A stretch of 64,000 nucleotides of DNA from contig OZ076412.1 of the NCBI GenBank assembly GCA_964187785.1, positions 26,970,001 through 27,034,000 of the forward strand, given 5' to 3'. The position numbers and the translations under genes were made by a program. A model generated the notes under the pieces. That model was not told where the DNA came from. It ran no database searches and was given only the letters and a program-made list of their open reading frames with translations. Source of the stretch: Amphiscolops sp. MND2022. Its lineage: Eukaryota. This document shows positions 39,601 to 50,167 of the stretch, piece after piece. Numbering within the stretch: the first letter of the stretch is position 1; the number at the start of each line of letters is the position of its first letter.

Positions 39601-40140
39601 TTGATTTTTGACTTATTGGTCACCAGGCCCAATTTCATTCGTTTCCGCACAAATTTTGCAATAATTGTATGCCCTTTACCAGCTTCACACTTCTGCTGGG
39701 CTCTCTGTGACAGAAGCTGATGTCAGCTCTGGATACTTGACTTCCTGCGTTTTTCGTCACAGTGATCACTGTTTGATAGACATCCCCGGTTTCTTCCACT
39801 TGTATTCCAATTGATCGTACATTGTCCCTTCTTCCATACTTTTGGTTTGAGTATGCATAAAAAACTTTACAAATCTCCACTGTTATGAAGCTGTTCAACA
39901 TTTATCGAAAGTTTTGAATGCAACTCAGCCACCTCCGCTGATGCACGGAAGCCAAACAACAATGAAACCATTGGGAATCTTTATTGAAACCAGGTAGCAA
40001 CCTATGAAATGCATCCATTGCCAGTTCGCCTTTTGCCCGTGCACTCAATCAATTGGTTGGAACCTTCTCCATCATCATTGGTTGAACCAGTTCTGTTATT
40101 AGGCATTGCTCTTGAAATTTTTAATGGTTTATCATAATAA
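36670..40140 (-). mobile_element. Decayed L2/Crack-like LINE, copy 2 (with more ORF1)
   Basis: Duplicate of the above plus ORF1 N-part YGRRDNVRSIG..EETGDVYQTV (39635-39901). Confidence 0.7.
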
Positions 40141-40599
40141 ATTTATTTAAAAATCTTGACGATAGTTCGCACAAGAAGTGCAACACTCTACGTCCAACAG
40201 GGTGTTCGTTGGATCATTGGTGGTGCGCAGTGTTGTGGGTCATAGACTCTGCCACATCTGCCATGGATCTAAAAAACAGCTGACTGAATGCAATGTGATA
40301 AATGCCCAACCTGGTTTCGTTCTCAGTGCCTCAGAACACCACAGGAAGTATTCGTTTTCTTAACGTCGTCTGAAAAAATATCCTCTTTTTGTGATTACTG
40401 CCCTGTCAACATTTCAGTCTTTTATAACAGGAAAGGACCCTGAATGGACGAACTTAAAACGGAAATTTAAAAAAAAAGTCAAGGTGTTTTCGAGCATAAA
40501 CGTCCCAGTTTTAGACTTTGAATTACTTCATAGCTTTAGATCTTGATGTTATTCCTTAGACGTTATTCGATCCTCAACTCTCAGTTCTTTCATGAAGCA

Positions 40600-40988
40600 G
40601 AATTAAGGATCTCTCAACTTGCCTTCAATGCTCGACTCGCGTGTATTGTACCGAATTGATGGCAAACGCCCAAACGATTTTACCATGATTTTTTGGGAAA
40701 TCGCTAAACAGCTGTCGTGGGATATCACAGTTGTGGATGCTCTTGCTCCCAGTCGCCTGAATCAAGGCTTCTAATGCAACCCGGGAACCACCGCCACCGA
40801 GGCTGAAGCGCGTAAAATTGAGAAGTATCGCTAATTATTACACAATGGATACATTTTTCAACCGGTGGCCTTGGAAGTACATGGTTTCATCACCCGTCTC
40901 TGTAAAATGCTCTGTCGTTCGCACGACGATCAACGAGCTGGCAGCTTTTTGAAGCAGCGGATTTCAATGGCTCTTCAGATCGGCAATG
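40600..40988 (+). mobile_element. CRE copy, 5' part, split by the LINE at 40989-49203
   Basis: RLE-coding sequence ends at TCAGATCGGCAATG and resumes with the same 14-mer at 49204. Confidence 0.85.
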
Positions 40989-43025
40989 AATGAACGAAAA
41001 ATGAATTAACGTCAAATTATGACAGATACAGTCTAAGATTTAATGAAATAGATAACAATGAAGCGGGGAAAATTTTTGTTCAATTCAGTAGATTATAGGG
41101 CTTGAGGGTTTTCATTACAGTTTATTTGATTCTCAAACATGAACTCGCCTTTGATTTTAGGCTCCAGGACATGTGTAATTTCAGAGAAAAGTACAAACTT
41201 CACTCGGTCGATACAGCTCGGGTCAGGTAGTTTCGGACAGATACAAACATGATATTTGTCTAGGACATTTGCGGGACATAGACCACATCTTCAGAATCGA
41301 TTTGTCTCCTCTGTTGTATAACAGCCAATATTAAAGCACAATTTATGATGGCAGCCATTACTATAGAAGGTTGCAATAGCCTTTCTGCTGTTTCTGCTCT
41401 TAACTTGGGCAATATTCAGATCAACTGCGTACAATATTCTGTTAGTTAGAGGAACAGTGGGGAGTTTTCTGGGCACTCTCGCCCGTCTCCTAAAGAAGGT
41501 ACTGAGGACGGTTTTCGTGTGCTGTTCCCAAAGCTCGGGGGTCAAAATGTTCTCAAAAATTTTGATTCCATAGGTTGAGGCTGGAGTGACTACAGCATTG
41601 AAAAGCCCCAGTGCAGATTGAAGGGTTTTTTCTAGGATCATCAGTTTGTACTTCTTTTTCTTCAATCATTTTGTAATATAAAATCTGTTTCTTTGAGCTG
41701 GTTTGTTTATATAATCTTTTCCAATCGTTGAGAGCTGATAGGGAATCGTTATCGGCATAAAGTTTGAAATAACTGAGAGCTCGTTTGAAACAGATGTTGA
41801 AATGATACAGTTCCCGATCAAACCAAGGTTTAGATTTTCTGTTTCTCGTGACTGAAGCATTCCCAAAACTTGCTTGCAAGGTACTGAGAAGACATCGAGC
41901 ATCCAAATGTGTTGGTCCCGTGGGGAGTGCTGCGGTCAGAGATGAGAAAGGTTTTTTCATGTCACATTTACGTATTGGTTTACCGAATTGTTCTTTTCTC
42001 GTATTGTACTGCAGCTGTTATATGAACGTGGTGATGTTTCGTTAAAATAGAGGGCACTATATTGAAATTGGTGAGAAGAGAAGGTTGATTGGTAAAACAT
42101 AGGTCAATGGTACTTTTTCCGTTATTGAAAATGTATGTTTCCACCGAGGGCTCATTTGCGCAATGAAGTCTATTCATTAACATAAAATCAACCAAAGTAG
42201 CACCTTTCTCATTGGCAGTGTCAAGTCTACAGTTGAAGTCACCAGCAATAATCAAGTTGTGTCTTTCTGTTTGTATTTTACTGAGATAATCAGCCAACTC
42301 CTCAATAATGTTAATTATGTCAGTTTTTGGATTGAAATACGCTACCAGTAGGTGTACTTTTCATTTCTTTAGTTAGAATAATAGAACATTATTGGTTTTG
42401 TAAATTGTTTCAGCTTTATCGTCACACGAGTAGTGTAGGCCGAATGTAATCCCTCCTTGAGGACGTCCTTTATTGGGCATCTGTGCAGGTACATTCACAC
42501 ATGAGAAATTCGGTATTGTTGGTTCACTGATACAGAGTGTCTCTGCAAGTAGGATACAGTCTAAATTTAGTTCTTCAGAGGTAAGTAGTTTGAGTTTAGC
42601 ATTTGCTCCTTCAATGTTCCAGAATAAAAGCTTGAGAATTGGTGATGGTAGTCAGTCATTTATACCAGTACTTTTCAACGTGTTTTTTTCCAATTTTAAT
42701 GATGGGCTTTTCATCTGGTTTTGATATTCTCAAGGCACGTAGTATTTCTTTCCTCAGTTCATACTGAAAAAGCTGCTGCTCTCTAGGTAGATCAGGATTG
42801 ATAAAAACGTTCGGAAAGTCTTTTGATTTTCGTTAAATTTTGACTTTTTCAGAAGGTTCTGCTTTGTATCGGAATCTTTCCATTTGATTTTCAACAGTTG
42901 CTTTCCTTGATTTGATGTTCCGATCCGGGCAATTACTTTATTGCGTTGGGATTTGTCCCAATGATACAGTAGACTCATTTTTTCAACTGTCGTTTTGTCA
43001 TTTTCAGGTGTTGAGAGAGGAATAC

Positions 43026-44007
43026 TTTTTTATAGAAATTTTCTAGAATGGATGACAAACGTTCGAAAATTTTCAACGCTCATCAAGGTAAATTCAGGTC
43101 TCAATGGCTGAATGTGGTTCCTTGCAAGAACATAGGCCTGAAACTTGATGATCAGCAACTTCGAATTTCAATTGGTTTGCGTCTCGGGGCCAACATCTGC
43201 GTTGCGCATACGTGCCAGTGTGGTAAAAGAATTGAACGGGACGTTTTACACGGTCTTTCTTGCACCAAGAGTGCTGATCGCTTCTCACGTCATGCTACTC
43301 TCAATTTTCTCATAAAGCGGACGTTGGGATCTCTCGACTTGCCCTCAATGCTCGAACCGCGTGGACTGTATCGAACTGATGGCAAACGCCCAGACGGTGT
43401 TACCATGATTCCTTGGGAAATGGGTAAACAGCTGGTGTGGGATGTCACGGTTGTGGATGCTCTTGCACCCAGTCGCCTGAATCAAGGCTCTTTATGCAAC
43501 CCAGGAACCACCGCCACCGAAGCTGAAGCGCGTAAAATTGAGAAGTAACGCTAATTATTACACAATGGATACATTTATCAACCGGTGGCCTTGGAAGTAC
43601 ATGGTTTCATCACCCGTCTCTGTAAAATGCTCTGTCGTTCGCACGACGATCAACGAGCTGGCAGCTTTTTGAAGCAACGGATTTCAATGGCTCTCCAGAT
43701 CGGCAATGCGGCCTGTGTTCTAGGAACTGTGAGCGACAGAAATGCGTTCGAAGAAATTTATTACATACAGCCTATTTTTTTAAACCTTTATATCATAGCA
43801 GCTTTAAAAAAATTCTACCGGTCGACTGGGAAAGTGGCTGGTATGAGAAGTTTGTTGGTTGATTTTTTTGTTACTGGTATAGTGCTGCTATGGTGTTCCT
43901 TATTTTCGTTGCAGACCACGGGTGTGTGTCTTCTCCTACCAACTTGATGATACACATGGCATTTGATTGATGACGAAGATCCATGATAACTGATAGAGGT
44001 AAAAAAA
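43026..44007 (+). mobile_element. 5'-truncated CRE copy with 12-bp TSD
   Basis: RLE ORF 43048-43548 (RHATLN, GKRPDG, WDVTVVD), 3' UTR, A-tail; TSD AGAGAGGAATAC at 43014-25 and 44008-19. Confidence 0.92.
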
Positions 44008-44201
44008 AGAGAGGAATACCACTTATGACTAAGTTGTTTTTCTATTTGCAGTTTTTCTTGTTTAATTTCATAAAGAATATTGGCAGCATTTGCGTAGGTT
44101 GGTTTCTGAAGAGTTTGAAGGGGTCCTGTCGCTGTTCCAATTCAACTCCTTGAGCAATTTCGTCTAGTTGAGATTTGCTTTTCAAAAGTTCAACTTCTTT
44201 T

Positions 44202-47200
44202 TTCACAGGTTCACAGGTTCACAGGTTCACAGGTTCACAGGTTCTTTTCTGATCTGTAGGCCACAGCCTCTGTCGATCAGTTTTTTCATGTGAGTCCATT
44301 TCTCACAAGGAACTCGGTGTTGAACATTTTGTGTTCCCAGTGTCTGTTTAAACTTCTTTTAATAGCGTTTACGTTGTCACAGCGCACAACTGTTTCTGGC
44401 AATGAATTCCAATCCGCTACTGCAGCGACAGCAAAAAAGTTCTTTCTAATTGCTAGTCTCGGTTTCTTTGTCTTCAGCTGGTAAGGGTCACCTCTGGTCT
44501 CTCTTTCGTTCAATTCGAATAATCCTTCAGTCGCTTTCCTGTCGTAACATTCATTTAGTATTTTGTATACCTCGATCATTCTACCGCGCCGTCTTCTGTA
44601 TTCGAGAGTTGGAATATTCAATTCTTTTAACCTGTCTTCGTAGCTAAGAATACCAATGCCGGGTACGAGTCTGGTTGCTCGCCTCTGGACACTTTGTAAC
44701 ATCAATATATGTTTCTTCAGATACGGTTTCCAGGACTGGTTGGCGTACTCTAGATGAGGTCTTGTACAGTGTTTTGAGGATTTCTGCATTAATATTCAGC
44801 AAGCACTTTTAAATGATCGCTAAAATGTCATTAGCTGTTTTTGTTTTCTTTGAAAAGTGTTCGTGAAAGGAGAGTTTTGTATCGATTATAATTCCGAGGT
44901 CTTTCTCACTGTTAACCCTTGTCAAGGGTGTTGTACCATCCAGGGAATTCGTTCTATTTGATGATGTTGTTCTTAAACTCAGTGTAAGCTGGTGACATTT
45001 TGTCAGATTGAACTCGAGATCACCGCCATTTGACCACTTTTTCAACTTGTAAAGATCCTTTTGTAGTTCTTCCTGTTCTGCTAGGTTGGTGATTGCTCTG
45101 TAAATTTTCCCGTCATCAGCGAAGTAGAACATTTTGGATGTTACGCCATTTGACATGGAGTTGATGTAAAGAAGGAAAAGTATTGGTCCCAGGACTGACC
45201 CTTGGGGCACTCCACTTGTCACTTCTGCCCATTGTGAGTGGTTCTCGTTTACTATGACTCGCTGTTTCCTTCCTGACAAAAAGGCAGTTATCCAATCGAG
45301 AGTTTTTCCTCGAATGCCATATAACTCAATGATTCTCAGTAGGCGTTTGTGTGGGACGCTGTCAAAAGCCTTCTGTAAATCGATATAGATAATATCGACT
45401 TCATTGCCGGAGTCCAATTCTGCTGTCCAATCGTCAAGTGCCCTGAGCAACTGTAAGGTTGTCGAGCGTCCGGGGATAAAGCCAAGCTGCTGGACAGATA
45501 TGAAATGGTTCTGAACTAGGAAATTGATGATGTGCTTTTTGATTATCTTCTCCATAATATTGCAGCAGATTGCTGTTAGACTAATGGGTCTGTAGTTGTT
45601 AAGATCGTTTTTTGAACCTTTCTTGTGAATGGCAGAAATATTGGCAAGTTTCCAGTCTCGGGGAAGTTCTCCAGACTGCCAAGATTCCGTGAGAATTCTG
45701 GTCAATATGGGAGTTATCTGCTGGCGTGTCTCGTGTAATACTTGAGGATTCAGGTTGTCTGGCCCCATTGATTTGGTAATATTCAGTGACTCCAATTCTT
45801 TTAGAATTATCTCCTCAGTGATCACGAGATCATCTGAGATCCGAGTTGGTCGCCAATCAACTGGATTCTAGTCCCCAAGTGATTCTTTAGTGAAGACGGA
45901 GCTGAAAACTGAAAAATCCCGAAAGAGCCTCTGCTTTATCAGTGTCTGTCATTGCACAAGTTCCGTCTTTAAGATTGAGGGTAGGTAGTGTTTCAGTTAG
46001 TTTCAGTTTACTATTTAAATGGTTCCAGAAAACCTTCGGATTAGACTTGACTTTGCTAGCGATTGCTTCTTCATGCTTCAAAGCATTGGTCCTTGTGATC
46101 TTCCTGACTTTATTCCTCATTTTACAGTAGTTTTCGTAGGCGTATTGTGTTCGATCTTTACAAAAGATTTTGTAGCTTTTCTCTTTCTCTAGGGTTGTTT
46201 GGAAAATTTCACCCAAAATTGGTGTTCCGTTGTGTCTGTTTTGTCGAATTTTCATTTTTGGTACATGGTTCTCTGTGGCTTCATTCATCATATCCTTGAA
46301 ACAAGTCCAGTTGTCTTCTAATGGTTTGCATTCGTCGTATTTAATATCTCGAATTGATTTGCACAATTCAGAATATTTTCCTTTTGAGTAGTTGAGTCGA
46401 ACTTTGGCTCGACATTTTGTCCAGACGTTGAATTTAACTTTGAGTAAGCTGTGTCCTCCTTTGCCTAGAGGTGGTGTGTACTCAACGTTTGGTTCTAGGG
46501 ATTTATCGGTGAGTAAATGATCTAATAATGATGGTTCGCGGTTTCCTCTTGCCACGTTGGCCTGTCGATATGTTGTTCCAGGAATGAGTCCTTGATTGCC
46601 TCTAGGCACTGATGTTCTTTGCTGTTTTCATCATGGTTCGTAGTGCAGTTGTCCCAGTCAATTTCACGAAAATTCGTGTCACCACAAACAATGTGTTTCT
46701 TTCTGTTTCCGCCAATTGCTCTCAAAATTTTGTTTAGCTTGACGTTGTTCTCATAGGATGACGAAAGGCTTCTATAGATGGATACAAAAATAATGTTATC
46801 TTTCGGCAAAAAAAAGCTCGTAGGCTTAAGTTTCATCGAAACCGAATTCATGAGTCACTTCCTTGGTTTCAATGTCACCGCGTGTGTTTAGTAGCATTCC
46901 TCTTCCTTCATCTTCTGTCCATATTTTTGTCTTTCAGCTTGTAGCAGTCAAGTTTAAACCAAATCGGATTCCATTTAAGAATTACATTCTTCGGTTTGGC
47001 TTCAGTTATAGCTATAATGTGTGGTAAAGTGGAGGCTTGTTGTGGGAGAGTTTTTAGTTCTAAAAATTTTTCAGTTGTCAGGACATCTACATTCCCGAAC
47101 CAGACGTTGAATTGTTCACGTTTGTGTCCGTCAATACTTCTTGGGTTTTTAATCGTTTCTTTACCCTTAGAATTCGGTCTCCTCTCACTATGTGAATGTA

Positions 47201-48223
47201 GCCCCCTGATTCCTCTGCGGTCAAGTTTTTTGCCCGTTGAACTAAGAAACGAACGTTTTCTCTTTCCTTCAGGCTCCTGTCTGGGGTGACTCTCAGCTGC
47301 CTAGATTTTCGTTAGCAAACTTCAGTTTCGTGAGGTTCTTCAACATCAGATCTGCATTATTTATCGTGTCAAATGTAACCAATAAAGGTCGGGTCTGCTG
47401 TTCACTTTGGTCGTCTGGTTTTCTTCCGAGTCTGGTACATTGTTTCACTGTCGTGAAATCAATATCGATGCTTCCGCAAAGTTGGTTTACTACTTCAAGG
47501 TCTTGATCGTAGCGGTCTTTTGAATTTGTGGCCTTACTCTCATGGGCTCTGTAGATTACCACATTCTTTCTCCTTCTTAGGTCTTCATCTTGTTCTTTTT
47601 TCTGTTCGGCACCTGCCTCAAGAATAATCTCTTTGGCTGCGTTTTCCAGGTTGATGTTTCATTGTCTTTTAATTCAGAGGTTACTCCGCTCTTCACTTTT
47701 GTGCCATTCATAAAGTAATAGAAGTCATCCATCAGAGTTTTAACCGAGTTCATGGTTGTATCGAGGTCGACCTTCATTTTGGAGATTTCATCGGTGGTGC
47801 CAGTATTCACTGGTTTTTTCATAAGTGCCTTTACTTCCACAGTACACTTGTCACAGCACCAAATGCCACTTGTGGTTGCCATGTACTCGTTCACAGCTTC
47901 CGGCATGTTGATGCGATTCGCGCAGAAACGTTTCGCACAGTTATCCGACTCCATTACTTTATCTGAAGGATTGCTAAAATCCTCTTTACTCACCTGACAT
48001 GTCCATGCTTCGTCCGATGAGTCGGCTGTTGATTTTGACTTGGTGCAGTTGATTTTCTTGCTGCGGGTGGCAGTCATGTTTATTTTCACCTAGGCCGCTC
48101 CGAATCAATTATGTTCCAGTTAGCTACCAGAGTAAAAATAAACTAGAGATAACCCTGTTGATACCTAGGCCGCTCCGAAACAAAAAAATCCAGAAAGCTA
48201 CCAGAGTAAAAACTTAAGCTAAC
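44202..48223 (-). mobile_element. Near full-length CR1-clade LINE
   Basis: ORF1 with PHD-like finger (47577-48089); APE (IVCGDTNFREIDW); RT 44809-45825 (YRPISLT, QLGFIPGRST, IDLQKAFDSVPH, SGVPQGSVLGP, FADDGKI); 3' tail of 5 x TTCACAGG (44202-44241); no TSD; 5' UTR direct repeats. Confidence 0.92.
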
Positions 48224-48551
48224 CTTATTTGGACTTCTTCTTCGATGGTCTTTTTCTGGGTTTGCCTTTCCGCTGACTTCGCTTCTTAGATGGTCGTTTT
48301 CTCTTAACGATATACTTGAGGTTACCTGATCTTTTCAGGATAGTGTGGATGAATCTTCTTTCTACGGACTTTGCAAGATGGACCTCTCCCAGGTTCTCTT
48401 GGAGCCACCGATTTTTCTGTTTTCGCTTGGAAATTAAATTTTTGGCAGCTGGTATGACAAGGATACCAGTTGACACAAGTTCTTCAAAGATACAACTGGA
48501 ACCTTCTCTTCGGCAGTAAACAATTGTTGAAATTCTGTGGCTGAATTTTCT

Positions 48552-48896
48552 GGGTGGCTGTAAATAGGTCGAATTTTTCTGGTCGAAAGGACTGAGGTCG
48601 AACCTTTTGATCGAATTACAGGGATCGAATGGAATGCGGTCGAATTTTATCGTATTTGTTGTATGGCTCGGTCGCTTCGCTCCCTTCGCCAAGTAGCAAC
48701 ATTGAGGCATGGCCATATGGCACGTCGCTCCGCTTCGCTCCTGCTTTCAGGCCACTAGGGGTATGTGAACATATCTGACTACGTTATAAAAATTTCGATC
48801 CGAGTTGTTTGGATCCCATTCAAAAATTTGGTATTGTCGACCTGAGGACTAACTCTGGTTTTCGATCCCGTTCCTTCGACCTATTTCCGCCCACCC
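48552..48896. mobile_element. MITE with 22-bp TIRs and 8-bp TSD
   Basis: TIRs GGGTGGCTGTAAATAGGTCGAA / rc GGGTGGGCGGAAATAGGTCGAA; TSD AATTTTCT at 48544-51 and 48897-904; subterminal TCGAA/TTCGA repeats. Confidence 0.88.
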
Positions 48897-49203
48897 AATT
48901 TTCTAAGTGTAGCGATCAGGCCGTCAACAGTTTCAGCTCTGTTATTGTTGAGTCGGTGTTCGATAATTGTATTGCTTATGACGTCGTGCCATGCATTTTC
49001 AAATCCATAATTTCTTTTGCGGAACAGAAACCGCAAACAAAGTCCAAACTTTCGACATTTCTCCCTGTATGAGGATTGATCCAGCAGGATTGATAAATTC
49101 CACATACTTTTGTGCATTCTACATTTTGTTGGGTCCCAGTTTCATTGTTATCTTTACGCGGTGGCATAGTTGTTCTATTTAATAAGTTGCTTGTTAATAA
49201 TAA

Positions 49204-49505
49204 TCAGATCGGCAATGCGGCCTTTGTTCTAGGAACTGTGAGCGACAGAGATGCGTTCGAAGAAATTTACTAATTATAGCTTATTTTTTAAACCTCTATA
49301 TCATCGCAGTTTTAAAAAATTTTCTACCGGTCGACTTGGATAGTGGCTGGTATGAGTAGTTTGTTGGTTGTTGTTTTTGTTTTTGGAACAGTGGCTGGTA
49401 TGGGGTTCCTTACTTTCGTTGCAGACCACGGGTGTGTGTCTTCTCCCCCCAACATGATACACATGGCACTTGATTGATGACGAAGATCCATGATATCTGT
49501 TAGTG
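49204..49505 (+). mobile_element. CRE copy, 3' part (continuation of 40600-40988)
   Basis: ORF end and full 3' UTR to GATCCATGATATCTGTTAG. Confidence 0.85.
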
Positions 49506-49630
49506 GAATTGAGAAAAGAAGAGAGTAGTAGTATCACAACAATTAGGCTGTGATATGCTCCTAGATAGATTGATACTTGAATCTTCTTAAGCTTCTATAG
49601 TTCATCATCACATTTTCCAGATTTATAAAG

Positions 49631-49748
49631 ATGGCTAAAGGCAGTCCTTCTGCCAATGATGAAGAATCAGTGGCTGAACTGAGGAAAGAGATCGAAACTC
49701 TCAAAGAAAAATTATCTGAAGAGAAACAGAAACTGAATGATATCGAAC
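49631..49748 (+). CDS. GNB5: G-protein beta-5, coding exon 1
   Basis: MAKGSPSANDEESVAELRKEIETLKEKLSEEKQKLNDIE, matching the Gbeta5 N-terminal coiled coil; GTTAGT donor; phase 1 fits exon 2. Confidence 0.85.
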
Positions 49749-50167
49749 GTTAGTACTGCTGTAGATATGAATTTGTTTTGGTTGCGCTACAGAGCGTTTC
49801 TGCAATATTTTACATGAAATTAGCAAATTTCAGGACCTATTCAGATTATTGTTTGGAAGATGATTGCTGCTTGGGTGCGAATAAAAATCATATTCGCATT
49901 TATTAAAAGACAGTTCCCAAAAGTTTTTTGTGTGCTAATCAACACCTTTGATCGAGGTGAAACGATCAGTCCATTCATTTTCTTTCGCTTGAGCAAAGAT
50001 TCGTTTTTGTTATAATGGACGAGCTTTAAATTGTATGCTGCGTCAATTTTGCTGGAAGAAGTTGATAATTTTCATCTTAACTTTTGCTTTTGTCACCCTT
50101 GTATTGTTTGAGTAGCGAAACTTTGAGCACACACTTCATTTGACAGACAGATGAACACTTGCTGAAG

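Larger units (their letters stand above)
26534..39692. repeat. 6,580-bp tandem duplication (26534-33112 and 33114-39692)
   Basis: ORF pairs offset by ~6580 (26994/33574, 29407/35987, 32460/39040); only scattered SNPs and 1-bp indels; junction CACACTTT|CAAGAGA. Confidence 0.95.
40989..49203 (-). mobile_element. 5'-complete APE-type LINE lacking RT, with 14-bp TSD and three nested insertions
   Basis: TSD TCAGATCGGCAATG (40975-88 / 49204-17); ORF1 ATG at 49167; ORF1 rejoins across insertions (VQIR|KEVEL; VISGIPLS); APE (LFWNIEG, LAETL, IIAGDFNCR, STIDLCF); post-RT LFNAVVTPASTYG and CGLC..H..C knuckle; TTCA-like tail. Confidence 0.85.

Noticed and set aside
25695-39692. CRISPR-like or multi-gene repeat array
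   Set aside because: The repeats are long duplications of TE sequence without a short repeat-spacer structure, in a eukaryotic context.
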